Origin: a virus
DNA length: 64,000 nt
Strand: one strand, 5' to 3'
IMG/VR virus record: IMGVR_UViG_3300020159_002453
Location: 15,879 to 79,878 of that record
How positions within the stretch are numbered: position 1 is the first letter of the stretch; each line of letters begins with the position of its first letter. This document shows positions 9,956 through 19,662 of the stretch, piece after piece. The position numbers and the translations under genes are program-made. A model generated the notes under the pieces. That model saw nothing but the letters and a program-made list of their open reading frames with translations. It searched no databases and was not told the DNA's origin.

Positions 9956-10428
9956 AAAAAACAGTCCTTATAAGCCCGTTTGCCCAGCACTTACGCAACG
10001 GTAAACAAAACCCTAAGAACTTTCCGTATTGGAAAGAATTGGTCGCATTATTAATAAATGCAAACATAGATGTTATTCAAATAGGTTCTAGTAAAGATAC
10101 CCCTATAGAGGGGGTTACAGATTTTAGACGTAATCTCAAGCTTGCAGAAATTAAAGATCTCGTTACCCAATGTGATATTTGGATTTCTGTAGATAGCTTT
10201 TTGCAGCATTTAAACCACTTCTATAAAGGTAAACCAGGTATTGTTATATTCTCACAATCAGACCCCCGTATCTTTGGATATAACGAGAACAATAACCTAT
10301 TAAAGAACCGATCATACCTTAGAGATAAGCAATATTGGCTCTGGGAACAATGCGATTATAATATAGATGCATTTGTTACTGCTGAAGTAGTATTTGATAC
10401 AGTTCAGAAATCACTAGAGGTAAAGTAA
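9952..10428 (+). CDS. GT9 (heptosyltransferase-like) C-terminal domain protein
   Basis: KNFPYWKELV, IQIG, CDIWISVDSFLQHL. Confidence 0.8.
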   Translation: MKKTVLISPFAQHLRNGKQNPKNFPYWKELVALLINANIDVIQIGSSKDTPIEGVTDFRRNLKLAEIKDLVTQCDIWISVDSFLQHLNHFYKGKPGIVIFSQSDPRIFGYNENNNLLKNRSYLRDKQYWLWEQCDYNIDAFVTAEVVFDTVQKSLEVK

Positions 10429-10440
10429 GTAATAGACAGT

Positions 10441-11328
10441 ATGTCTACGAACACGGTTGCACCTTCAGCATTTCTATCTACCAATCTTAATAGTAGAATT
10501 AACAGCTATGATATGCTGGCCGAGCGCATATTCTTTCAGCTTGGTGCACCTGTAATTAACCTTGAAATAGCATGCGTTGCAACGTATGACATGATTGCAT
10601 ATGCTATTGAAATGTATACTAAATTTACTCCGGGCACGGAAGAGTTGTTAGTGTTCGATAGTAAATTATATACCCCGGGTAAAGGTATCAAAGTTGATAC
10701 TATGATTAACAATACCTTGAACCCGGAATTATCTGCAATGGATTCAACATTCCAATCTGGTTGGGATGTAGATTTAGAGTCCTACAGAAAAGTTATCGAT
10801 GTCACATCCTTTACTGTGGGTACTAATAGCGGGGTTAATACTTTGTTTACTATTGAGCAATCATTAGCACAACAAATGCACTTTGCATACTCTTTAGGTA
10901 GTAAAGCGTTTGACGTAATAACTTGGCACGTATTAAAAGATTGGCTTAAGACTCGTGAAAAGCTATTTGCAATGCAGCCATACTTCCGTTTTGATGGTCG
11001 TACCCAAGTATTACGTATCACTCCTGATCCAGGTATATCTAATGTACAAGGTAGTTCAAAGTACTGGGCAGTATTAAACTGCCGTTTAGAAAGACCAATT
11101 AAGGATCTAGTTAAAGAGCGCTGGGTAATGGAATATGCTAAAGCTCTAGTAAAGATCAATATTGCCAATACTCGTGGTAAATTCGGTTCTACTCAATTAT
11201 TTGGTAGTGGCACTTTACAATACCAAGAGTTAATGACTCAGGGTACCACTGAAAAGAAAGAGCTCGAGGATCAATTGATGAATAGTAGACAAGAAGATCA
11301 AGAACCCCCAATATTCTTTTTAGGCTGA
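10441..11328 (+). CDS. gp13: Neck protein gp13-like
   Basis: LGAPVINLEI, WVMEYAKALVK, KFGSTQLFGSG, PPIFFLG C-terminus. Confidence 0.88.
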   Translation: MSTNTVAPSAFLSTNLNSRINSYDMLAERIFFQLGAPVINLEIACVATYDMIAYAIEMYTKFTPGTEELLVFDSKLYTPGKGIKVDTMINNTLNPELSAMDSTFQSGWDVDLESYRKVIDVTSFTVGTNSGVNTLFTIEQSLAQQMHFAYSLGSKAFDVITWHVLKDWLKTREKLFAMQPYFRFDGRTQVLRITPDPGISNVQGSSKYWAVLNCRLERPIKDLVKERWVMEYAKALVKINIANTRGKFGSTQLFGSGTLQYQELMTQGTTEKKELEDQLMNSRQEDQEPPIFFLG

Positions 11329-11362
11329 GTTTGTTGTTATCCAACAAGTTTTATACTATATC

Positions 11363-13183
11363 TTAACCTGTTGGTAAAGCACTAGCTGCACTACCGGCTT
11401 GTTGCGGTCCTGCTGCTGGAGCTTCTCCGCCTGCTGCAGGTGCTTCACCTTCTCCGCCTGCTGGTGCTTCACCTTCTGCACCAGCCGCTGGAGCCGCTCC
11501 GCCACCGCCACCAGGTGCTGCACCAAATGCCGGGGGTGTTCCGCCACCACCACCTGCTGCTCCGCCACCTGCGCCGCCACCAGATGTAATAGCTTGGCGC
11601 CAATTTGGACCAGAATTTGTAATTTGACCAAGCTCGAAAGTAAATGCTGCGTCTTTCTTCTGCCACTCTCTATTAGCTTTAACTTCTTCATCAGTCCAGC
11701 CCATATAACGTTTAAGAGCATAAGACTTAGAAACTGCTTCAGAAGCAGTTAAATCACTAAAGGATTTAAACTTAAGCTCTTGTATTTGAGCTTCCCGGGC
11801 TACGTGGAAGTATACTGGCGGGTTAAAAGATACATCTAAATCGTGCTCTTTAAGTTTATACTGTTCCCATAAACCCTTTAGTTTAAGGTGAGTAATATAA
11901 GTGTCTTTTAAAGAGGAAGCAAATTGACGTTGGAATCTAATAATAAGACGAGCAAATTTAAGCTCTTCTCTTAAAATTTCGGTACCATCAGCAAATTTAG
12001 CTTCAGGGTCAAGTCTACTTGTAGGCACTCTTAGGGCCTTATAAAGTTTCTTAACAAAGTAATTAAGGTCATCAAGAGTACCTAGATTTGCACCACCCGG
12101 TAAGCTAGTTACATCAGTACCTTCCCCGCCTGGTCTCTTTGCAAACCAGTAACTATCAAGCATACTTTGTGGGTCGTAAACGTTAACTGTTTTACCTTGA
12201 TCGGAATCGTAAGTTCTACGAGACCAATACGATTGCATTAAACGTTTAATATACGCTTCTGCTTTAGGGGCAGGTAAGTTACCTACATCGACTTTAAATA
12301 CAAGACGTTCTGGCGCTCTTACTAAACGGTACACTACAATACTATCTTCAATTAATGAGAGCTGTTTATACGCTCTACGGGCTACTTCAAGATAAGGTAA
12401 ACGAAGAGTCTTGTGTTCGTTCCATACATGGGAGTGGAAATAAGAAACTTGGTGACGATCTAAAGGTATAAGCTCTTGTTTAGCAGCTACTCTATTGTTA
12501 GCAGATTGATCGATAATAGGCTTACGTAACATAAACCCCTTGATAAGCATGTTTTGAATGTTATCGTAAATAGGATTAATAAGTTCAGAAGGAATTTGTA
12601 CTACACCAATAATACCAGCTTCTTTTTTCTTTTCGTTAACAACGTTTTCAAAGAAAATTTCAGCATCAATTAACAAAGCTCTAAAGTATTCAAAGCCTTT
12701 GTTTTCAATATTAAACAAGTCTACTAAATGATTAAAGTTTTTTTGAAGCTCTTTTACGATTACTTCATCTTTACTGCCAGCAACATTTAAAGTAACGTAT
12801 TTACCTTTGTCATCTTTAACTAACATCTCATCACAGATTTCATCTAGGGCATGACTAATTTCTGCATACGAAGCCATGATTCTATAATCTGCTAAACGCT
12901 TCGGTTTGTCTGTATCAATTAAAGCGTAAAGGTAATCATGGTAGCCTTTATTAATAACGATACCATCTAAAGTGGGTGAGGTTATAGGGTCACTATGAGA
13001 GGTTGAAACAGCTTGTTTATAAACTCTTTCCTTAGCAGACGAGCTTACACTATAAAAGGTCTCAAACTTTGGATTTAATTCCTTTACGTTATCAATAACC
13101 TGCGCATTACCAGAGTATGGCAAGCGATTTACAAAATTATTAAATGCTTTTGTAAAAAAATTAGGTTGTAAGTTATCGGCCAT
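11363..13183 (-). CDS. gp20: Portal protein gp20 with a Gly/Ala/Pro-rich C-terminal tail
   Basis: IEDSIVVYRLVRAPER, DVGNLPAPKAE, LPGGANLG, LYKALRVPTSRL, REELKF. Confidence 0.98.
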   Translation of the reverse strand: MADNLQPNFFTKAFNNFVNRLPYSGNAQVIDNVKELNPKFETFYSVSSSAKERVYKQAVSTSHSDPITSPTLDGIVINKGYHDYLYALIDTDKPKRLADYRIMASYAEISHALDEICDEMLVKDDKGKYVTLNVAGSKDEVIVKELQKNFNHLVDLFNIENKGFEYFRALLIDAEIFFENVVNEKKKEAGIIGVVQIPSELINPIYDNIQNMLIKGFMLRKPIIDQSANNRVAAKQELIPLDRHQVSYFHSHVWNEHKTLRLPYLEVARRAYKQLSLIEDSIVVYRLVRAPERLVFKVDVGNLPAPKAEAYIKRLMQSYWSRRTYDSDQGKTVNVYDPQSMLDSYWFAKRPGGEGTDVTSLPGGANLGTLDDLNYFVKKLYKALRVPTSRLDPEAKFADGTEILREELKFARLIIRFQRQFASSLKDTYITHLKLKGLWEQYKLKEHDLDVSFNPPVYFHVAREAQIQELKFKSFSDLTASEAVSKSYALKRYMGWTDEEVKANREWQKKDAAFTFELGQITNSGPNWRQAITSGGGAGGGAAGGGGGTPPAFGAAPGGGGGAAPAAGAEGEAPAGGEGEAPAAGGEAPAAGPQQAGSAASALPTG

Positions 13184-13221
13184 TTGTTATATTTACGCTG
13201 TTAAGTGATATTACTACTATC

Positions 13222-13920
13222 TTAAATATTAAACCATTTATTAACTAAGTAGGTTGCATTAGTAGCTACTTCTAATTGGGTTAATGCTCTATTATATACT
13301 AAAACCTCGTATACATCTCCTCTAAAGAAACCGTTAGCAGATTCTAAACCACCTATACCAAAGTATCCTTGTACTTTACTACCTAAAAAAGTACCAGTAG
13401 CAGAAGCATTTGTATAAAATGTTCCGGATGAATTACTATTAGTAGTTACAGTAACTACAGTGGGTATATTTAAAGCCATTGCACTAGTAGATTTGACTGT
13501 AGTAGTATCATTATATGTACCCCAGCCATTAAAATTACCGTCAAACTTATTATCAGTAATCGCTAATATATTTATACCCGCTTTAGCGTGATTATAATAC
13601 ATACTATACAGTCCCATCCAACTGTTAGTCCAGCTTGTCCCTGTACGAGTGGCCGCAATCATAACAGACATACTATTAAACTGTAAAAAATCATCCGCAT
13701 TTTTTTGATGTAAAAAACCATTAGAGAACCGCATAAGCGGTAAATTGTTTGGACCACCGCTAAGATAAAATGATAACCCGTAACCATCTCCACCCCAGCC
13801 TTTAGAATCAATACTATCAGGTATATTCGTTACAGTTAAATCTTGACCATTTGTGTAGCCTTGAGATAGTAATACAAGAGAGTCTAAATGATTTACTAAT
13901 CCGTCTGTTACAAGTGGCAT
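13222..13920 (-). CDS. LamG/concanavalin-like beta-sandwich virion protein
   Basis: GLVNHLDS N-terminus and FRGDVYEVLVYNRALT..YLVNKW C-terminus. Confidence 0.65.
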   Translation of the reverse strand: MPLVTDGLVNHLDSLVLLSQGYTNGQDLTVTNIPDSIDSKGWGGDGYGLSFYLSGGPNNLPLMRFSNGFLHQKNADDFLQFNSMSVMIAATRTGTSWTNSWMGLYSMYYNHAKAGINILAITDNKFDGNFNGWGTYNDTTTVKSTSAMALNIPTVVTVTTNSNSSGTFYTNASATGTFLGSKVQGYFGIGGLESANGFFRGDVYEVLVYNRALTQLEVATNATYLVNKWFNI

Positions 13921-13924
13921 AAGA

Positions 13925-14998
13925 TTATATCACCTCACTTGTTATTGGCTGCGGGGTAAAACCATAACCAGCTTCATTGTATATAATAATATACATCTCC
14001 CCTGGAATTTGTACGGTAGGGTATATTACAGTGACCTTATTATCAGAACTAATGCTATAATCTAATACCGGGGTTACATTGTATAAAGTAGGGTAATGAG
14101 CAGATAAGCTATTGGATAATGCAAAGGTAGATACTGTAACTGTATTTGTAAACATACCTGGACTACCGCTTACGTAAACAGCGTTAGTATAATTTAGCAT
14201 TTCTCCAAACACGTCTGCAGTACCTGTTAACCCTATTGTAGTGAGTTCCCGAGAGGTAAATACTGGCTGCGGACGAGCCGAAATAGTAAATGATTCAGTT
14301 AATTCAGGGTTAGTTAAGTAGTCGATGTTTTGAAGAGTGGGCGTGCCAGATACAGGGTTAAAGTTAGTATCAATTTTAAATATTCTACCGACTGGGTTAG
14401 CGTCGTATTTAAAGATCCATCCCTTTATAGTGAAGGTTGTGTCACATAGTACCCGAGCAGTCTGATTGGATTGCTGCTCTATAGGATAAGTCATAGCTAA
14501 GTTACCGCTCCATAATACCTCAGAACGAATCTCTACCCCGGGCATTCCTTCTCTAGTCCACGAAATAATAAAATACGGGTCACTGTACGGAACAAAGTTA
14601 CTTAAAATCTGATCCATATCAGATTGAAACTTAGTTAATATAGAAACAGAAACTTCTATATTGATTGGTACTGGCTGTAAATTATGTTCTGAAGAAGAAC
14701 TGTTATATGCAGCATTACTACCACTGTTCCAGTATTGACCGTACAGCTTATTAAAAACTCGAGATTGATCTCTACTAATAGAAGTAATCCAGAACGCTAC
14801 CGCTGGTAAAGTAATATGTTGTGCTTTATTAACTAAGTCATGTAACACTCTTTGTTTAGGTGAGTACACATAACGCACACCAAACGTTGCTCCAGCTGTT
14901 CTTTCGTTAGTGTACCGTTTTACGATAGCACCATCAAAGGCTTGGAGAAATTGTGTTAATAAATCCTTAACTTCCCAATGGTATGTGTATTTCTGCAC
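13925..14998 (-). CDS. gp15: Tail terminator/sheath stabiliser gp15-like with a C-terminal extension
   Basis: YSPKQR, ITLPAVAF, ISRDQSR, PVPINI, DMDQILSNFVPY, FTIKGWIF. Confidence 0.85.
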   Translation of the reverse strand: MQKYTYHWEVKDLLTQFLQAFDGAIVKRYTNERTAGATFGVRYVYSPKQRVLHDLVNKAQHITLPAVAFWITSISRDQSRVFNKLYGQYWNSGSNAAYNSSSSEHNLQPVPINIEVSVSILTKFQSDMDQILSNFVPYSDPYFIISWTREGMPGVEIRSEVLWSGNLAMTYPIEQQSNQTARVLCDTTFTIKGWIFKYDANPVGRIFKIDTNFNPVSGTPTLQNIDYLTNPELTESFTISARPQPVFTSRELTTIGLTGTADVFGEMLNYTNAVYVSGSPGMFTNTVTVSTFALSNSLSAHYPTLYNVTPVLDYSISSDNKVTVIYPTVQIPGEMYIIIYNEAGYGFTPQPITSEVI

Positions 14999-15006
14999 CC
15001 ATATAC

Positions 15007-16614
15007 TTACACGATACGGTCTAAAAAGTGTTTAGGTAAGATCCTTCTATTATCTACAATAGTCTTAAGAGATAAACCATCTAGAAGATACGTTACACTT
15101 TCATCTTCAGCACTACGGGTACATCTACCGCAAGCTTGGATGAGAGCAATAAACATGCGCATTTTGTACCAACTTGGATCCTCATCAAAGAGCTTCTTTA
15201 CTCTCTTACTTGCTAAAGACGGATATGGTAACTTAATAACTATCTGCCACTTGCCAAGATCTCCTTTAAGATCGAGACCCATGGTAAGTGAGGGGCTAAC
15301 TAATACCGTGTCGTCTTTACGGATACTGTGCTCGGTAATAATATTCTCGTTGGTAGTGCCTTCCTCTCTGAACAAATAGCGTTTACCGTTAAGCACCCGT
15401 TGGGAGGCTTGAGTAATAGCAAAAGAGTGGGTATGAATAATACCTTTCTCACTTTGATGGGTATCAGCTAAAGTTTTTGCAATCTTAAGTACCTCGGGTA
15501 GATTCTTATCCATTGTTTTATAGTTAAGCGGAAACTTACTATGACAATAAATCGGGCTCTTCTTAGAGTCAAACGTGGATTCAATCTCTACATATTCAAA
15601 GTTCTCAATACCGAGAGTCTTAGCAAATATATTACGATCAACAATGGTTGCACTCATTAGCACAACCGTATCAGCAAAGTCAAACAAACAGTTACTAAGA
15701 CGGTCAATCTTTAAAGGGGTGAATGTCGCCTTGTCCCCGTCTTTCTCTATGATATACTGAGTTTTATCCCAGTTATCAATAGTGTAGTTAATAGACTCGT
15801 AAAGGTCTTTACGGTACTGCTGCTTAATAAGCTCCATCTTGTTATTCTCGTAACGACTACGACCTGAATACGTATCAATCGCATCCTTTACGCTTGTGGA
15901 TAGATCGGTAAGCCAACCTAAAGCTTTAGCTGGTAGCTCGGTCATAAGCTTAGGGGATACAATGTTATTAACAGCTAGTTTACGGTAATCAATTACCGTG
16001 GAGAAATTCTTTACAATCTCGTCTTCAAGTTCAGAACATTCATCTGCAACAATAAATTGACGTCGTTTAAGGTGGTCAGGTAAATTAAAAAACGAAGCGT
16101 AATTAAGTACAGTGAAGCGCTCGGTTAATGCGCTATTACGATCTTCATAATAAGGGCAACGGTGCTCGTCCCAGCACTTCTTTTTCTGTCCGTGTGCAAT
16201 TACACAAGGTGCATGATCAACCGTAAAGCTGTCATCTATATCACACTGATAATTTGACTTACCTTTAAATACAGACGATTCATTAAAAAGCTGTTTATAC
16301 TGATTTTGCAATGCCTTGGTAGTAGTGAGTGCAAACAAACCATGGGGTTTAAACTTCGCCATTGCTCCTTCATAATCTTCATCGTAAGCATGGTAATTAA
16401 AAACAAGATTGCGATACTCAGTCTCGCACTCATTCGTTACATTAGACAAAGTCTTGCTAATAAAAGACTTACCAGACCCGGTCGGTGCTTGCACAATAAT
16501 ATACTTAACTCCTTTATTGATAGCATTTTCAATATCTTGGAGGCCTTTAACCTGATGCGGACGAGGGGTATACCCTTCAGGGAAGTATTCGATCAGAGGC
16601 TTTTTAAGTACCAT
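15007..16614 (-). CDS. DinG/YoaA-family SF2 helicase
   Basis: QAPTGSGKS, DECSE, MSAT, GLDLKGD, KLPYP, QACGRCTRS and Fe-S-type Cys cluster. Confidence 0.9.
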   Translation of the reverse strand: MVLKKPLIEYFPEGYTPRPHQVKGLQDIENAINKGVKYIIVQAPTGSGKSFISKTLSNVTNECETEYRNLVFNYHAYDEDYEGAMAKFKPHGLFALTTTKALQNQYKQLFNESSVFKGKSNYQCDIDDSFTVDHAPCVIAHGQKKKCWDEHRCPYYEDRNSALTERFTVLNYASFFNLPDHLKRRQFIVADECSELEDEIVKNFSTVIDYRKLAVNNIVSPKLMTELPAKALGWLTDLSTSVKDAIDTYSGRSRYENNKMELIKQQYRKDLYESINYTIDNWDKTQYIIEKDGDKATFTPLKIDRLSNCLFDFADTVVLMSATIVDRNIFAKTLGIENFEYVEIESTFDSKKSPIYCHSKFPLNYKTMDKNLPEVLKIAKTLADTHQSEKGIIHTHSFAITQASQRVLNGKRYLFREEGTTNENIITEHSIRKDDTVLVSPSLTMGLDLKGDLGKWQIVIKLPYPSLASKRVKKLFDEDPSWYKMRMFIALIQACGRCTRSAEDESVTYLLDGLSLKTIVDNRRILPKHFLDRIV

Positions 16615-16620
16615 TACATA

Positions 16621-16648
16621 ATGATAGCTTAAAACCTTATTAGTTCAA
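16621..16648 (-). promoter_or_regulatory. Early promoter with 16-nt spacer
   Basis: TTGAAC-N16-TATCAT, 6 nt before the ATG at 16614. Confidence 0.65.
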
Positions 16649-16975
16649 TGATGAAATCGTAAGAGTTGTATTATAAAACTTGCAATTTTTAACCTTAGTG
16701 ACAGTTTTGAGATTAAATAGTAACTCTTCATCGTGCTCGGCAAGTGTTTCAAAAGTGTAATCAAATACAAGCTTGCTGTTCTCAGCTCTAATTGCGTACG
16801 GGAAAGGTATTTCAAATGTCTCTCTCTTTCTTTCGGTGTGCACAATTAAAGAAATGTAACAACCGGATAACTTAAAGTTAATAAGCTTACCTCTTTTAAA
16901 AGGCTTATTTTTAAGAGTGAGTTGTACGTCTTTCTGGAAATACGCTTTAAGATTCTCGTCAAGTGGGAGTAACAT
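16640..16975 (-). CDS. Hypothetical protein
   Basis: 111-aa ORF in a tightly packed operon. Confidence 0.7.
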   Translation of the reverse strand: MLLPLDENLKAYFQKDVQLTLKNKPFKRGKLINFKLSGCYISLIVHTERKRETFEIPFPYAIRAENSKLVFDYTFETLAEHDEELLFNLKTVTKVKNCKFYNTTLTISSLN

Positions 16976-16976
16976 T

Positions 16977-17360
16977 TTATTTATCCATAAACAACATTTT
17001 GTCGGTTGTGGACATCTTACTTAATACCTCACTGAAATATTTCCAGAACTCGTCAGGCGGTGTGGTGGGTACAACACTAATTACATCAGCTGTATTGGCG
17101 GGTACCAATCTATAGTCTTGCATAAATATGTCCCATGTAAGGACTAATCCCTTTTGAGCCGGGTTAAAATCTAGACGGCCTGTAGCGGGTCTAAAGTTTA
17201 ATGCTGTTCTACCTGCAGCACTATTTAATAATAACAAATCGTTAGTTGCAAACATACGTCTAAATGCAGGTTCACCTGCAACAGGGCGACGCCGTAGAAA
17301 CTTAATTTCTACGGCGTTCTTGGACATTAATGCTGCTAACGATGATTGGGATAATTTCAT
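16977..17360 (-). CDS. Hypothetical protein
   Basis: 127-aa ORF coupled to its neighbours. Confidence 0.7.
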   Translation of the reverse strand: MKLSQSSLAALMSKNAVEIKFLRRRPVAGEPAFRRMFATNDLLLLNSAAGRTALNFRPATGRLDFNPAQKGLVLTWDIFMQDYRLVPANTADVISVVPTTPPDEFWKYFSEVLSKMSTTDKMLFMDK

Positions 17361-17821
17361 TGCTCTGGCTCTGCGACTCCGAAAATTCTATCTTCGTTTA
17401 AGAATACGATATTCTTAAGATTATTTATGTTGTTAGCTTTAAGACCAAACGTACTTGGAAAAATAACGTGTTGACCAACTTTAACTTTAGAACGAGGGCC
17501 GGCGAGTAATACTTTCGCTACTCTCCATGCTTGTTGAGCGGTATGAATAGGCATCCAAATACCACCTCTCATAATTTCGGTACCATCTGCACTAACATCA
17601 ACAAATTGACACATTAAAATGTCATCAAGCACTTGAGTTAACTTCCAACCAGTAAGATTTAAATCGCTCCCGGTATAATCCTCGAGACGTACCATGCCTT
17701 TAGTATTATCAGTATCAATTTGCTCATTAGCTTGGAGTGCTTGCTCCCGGTCTTTTGCACTAAAGTCCTTAGTTGCGTATTCAATTGCTGCTTGTGCTTT
17801 GGCTCTTGGTGAGTTTTTCAT
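17357..17821 (-). CDS. GroES-like co-chaperonin
   Basis: RGGIWMP, AKVLLAGP, VKVGQHVIF, FLNEDRIFGV. Confidence 0.8.
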   Translation of the reverse strand: MKNSPRAKAQAAIEYATKDFSAKDREQALQANEQIDTDNTKGMVRLEDYTGSDLNLTGWKLTQVLDDILMCQFVDVSADGTEIMRGGIWMPIHTAQQAWRVAKVLLAGPRSKVKVGQHVIFPSTFGLKANNINNLKNIVFLNEDRIFGVAEPEQ

Positions 17822-18194
17822 TTGGTAATTCTAGGTTAAATTGCTCTATGTAATCATTTACCTCTCTCATCGAGAGTTCAAGTGTGTTAGCTACCTTTCT
17901 AACTGTGTCCTTTTGGGTAGTATTCTTATCCGTATCTTTCTTCTTCTTAATGTAGTTCAACCGTTTAAACTTGCATGCAGGTATAACTCCATGCAAGTAA
18001 TTAAACCACATCTCGTTATCTGCTAACGAAGGCCATACCCTATTACTTGTTTGGTTTAAGAGTGTAGCAACTTCAGGAGAGTACATCGAACACCAGCGCT
18101 GTATCATGTACGGCTGGAAATCTTGACTTTCTTTTATATTAACAGTATCAGGTCCTTTAGTTTTGTAAAGGACCTTATTGAGGTAATCAAACAT
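17781..18194 (-). CDS. gp62: Clamp loader small subunit gp62-like
   Basis: FDYLNKV, FQPYMIQRWCSM, basic YIKKKK and helical C-terminus typical of T4-like gp62. Confidence 0.7.
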   Translation of the reverse strand: MFDYLNKVLYKTKGPDTVNIKESQDFQPYMIQRWCSMYSPEVATLLNQTSNRVWPSLADNEMWFNYLHGVIPACKFKRLNYIKKKKDTDKNTTQKDTVRKVANTLELSMREVNDYIEQFNLELPNEKLTKSQSTSSN

Positions 18195-19020
18195 TATAAT
18201 AATTAGCCCTGTAACCTCGGTGTTGTTTAATAATCCCGCTTTTTTGTAATTTTTTTACGATAGTTCGCACCATAGTTTCTGTTATATTGTATTGTTCTGT
18301 AAAATATTCAATTAGTTGTTTAATATTAATACTGGGGTTGTCTTGAAGGTAATTTGTAAAATCATTTTGAAACGAAAAATTAAGCGATACATATCTTCTA
18401 TCGTTAATACCAAACCAGACATGCTTAATACTGTTTGACTTAATTAGCATTTTTATTCTACTTCTATTTACAGACGCTGAAACATTTCTATTTAAAATGT
18501 GTGGTATATCTACCGCCTTAAACCATTTATTAGTACTTAAATATTCTATAATTTTCTTTTTATCTTCATCAAAAATAGTTCGATAAAAAATATTACGACT
18601 TTGCTGTATTTTTTGCTTAGTGGTAATAGAATGTTCTACTAGTCCTTTCACGCCTTTATTGTGTGGCACCTTACCTTTAAGTTTTATACTTATTTTACGA
18701 ATGGTGTCAGGGTGTAATTTACCGTTCTTACCCCCATCTCTTATATTACAAAATTCCCTATTTACAGTAGCGTTAAAGTAAGTAATCCATTCTATTTCAG
18801 CGTTATTAAGGTCGTTAATATTATTACACTTTTTTAAAATTATACGTTTCCAGTAACCTCTATACTTTTTAGAATAAAATTTACGTAAAAAAATAGTACC
18901 TGAACCAATGTACCCGTCTTCAATAGATCCTATGTGCTGTCCAATATACTTTTTGTATTTAATTGCCTCAGGGTGTTTGTTTTCCCATAGATATATGAAA
19001 CCATAATATTCGTCTGCCAT
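18187..19020 (-). CDS. GIY-YIG (Seg-like) homing endonuclease with NUMOD3-type motifs
   Basis: GFIY..YIGQH..GYIGSG..AEIEWI..NIRDGG, then TIRKISIKLKGKVPHNKG. Confidence 0.88.
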   Translation of the reverse strand: MADEYYGFIYLWENKHPEAIKYKKYIGQHIGSIEDGYIGSGTIFLRKFYSKKYRGYWKRIILKKCNNINDLNNAEIEWITYFNATVNREFCNIRDGGKNGKLHPDTIRKISIKLKGKVPHNKGVKGLVEHSITTKQKIQQSRNIFYRTIFDEDKKKIIEYLSTNKWFKAVDIPHILNRNVSASVNRSRIKMLIKSNSIKHVWFGINDRRYVSLNFSFQNDFTNYLQDNPSINIKQLIEYFTEQYNITETMVRTIVKKLQKSGIIKQHRGYRANYYNV

Positions 19021-19059
19021 ATTAATATTTATAATATGGCAGACGGTATATTTATTAAT

Positions 19060-19641
19060 TTATAAAGATATTTTGCAGGTCGCAATAAAGATATTATCTA
19101 CCATGCTATAAAACTGCTCATGTACTTCGGTCTGAAACTTAGCAGCTTGAGATGGGGTAAGATTAGTACTAAATGCAAAAGCAGGTGCATCTTTACCAGC
19201 AGTAATATTGATACCGGTATGTCCAATAGCGACATTATCCTTCGAGTAAGTAATACTCACTGAGGCTTTACCTTTTTGCTGCACAACACCACCTTGAGCA
19301 TGCTCGGCATGAACCATAATGTCATCTCCCTTCATCTCAATAGGTTTGTTAATAATCTTTTGCAAGATGCCTGCAATAGAGGTATTAAATAGGCGTTGGA
19401 AGCAAACCGCTCCAAATGGATCAAGATTTGGAATCTCCCAGCAGAAGTTAATCATTGATTCACTATAAATGTAGTCTTTCTCGATAGAATCTTCTAAGTC
19501 GATAAGGTTAAGAGTAACCTCAACTGGAGCTACAAAAGATACGATATTACCAATAGGTAAAGTCCGGTCTCGGAAGTACTTATAAGCAAAGCGTTTGTGA
19601 ATAAAAGCCCCGTCGTATGTTTTTTGATCGTTAATAATCAT
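19060..19641 (-). CDS. DUF366-like protein (biotin/lipoate-ligase-like fold)
   Basis: YDGAFI, LIDLED, IYSESMINF, FQRLF, GDDI, KASVSI, HTGINI. Confidence 0.7.
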   Translation of the reverse strand: MIINDQKTYDGAFIHKRFAYKYFRDRTLPIGNIVSFVAPVEVTLNLIDLEDSIEKDYIYSESMINFCWEIPNLDPFGAVCFQRLFNTSIAGILQKIINKPIEMKGDDIMVHAEHAQGGVVQQKGKASVSITYSKDNVAIGHTGINITAGKDAPAFAFSTNLTPSQAAKFQTEVHEQFYSMVDNIFIATCKISL

Positions 19642-19662
19642 ATGTGTATAATAATGTAAAAA

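Noticed and set aside
11400-11585. GC-rich short repeats at the end of gp20
   Set aside because: They encode a Gly/Ala/Pro/Glu low-complexity portal tail. There is no repeat-spacer structure, so this is not CRISPR.
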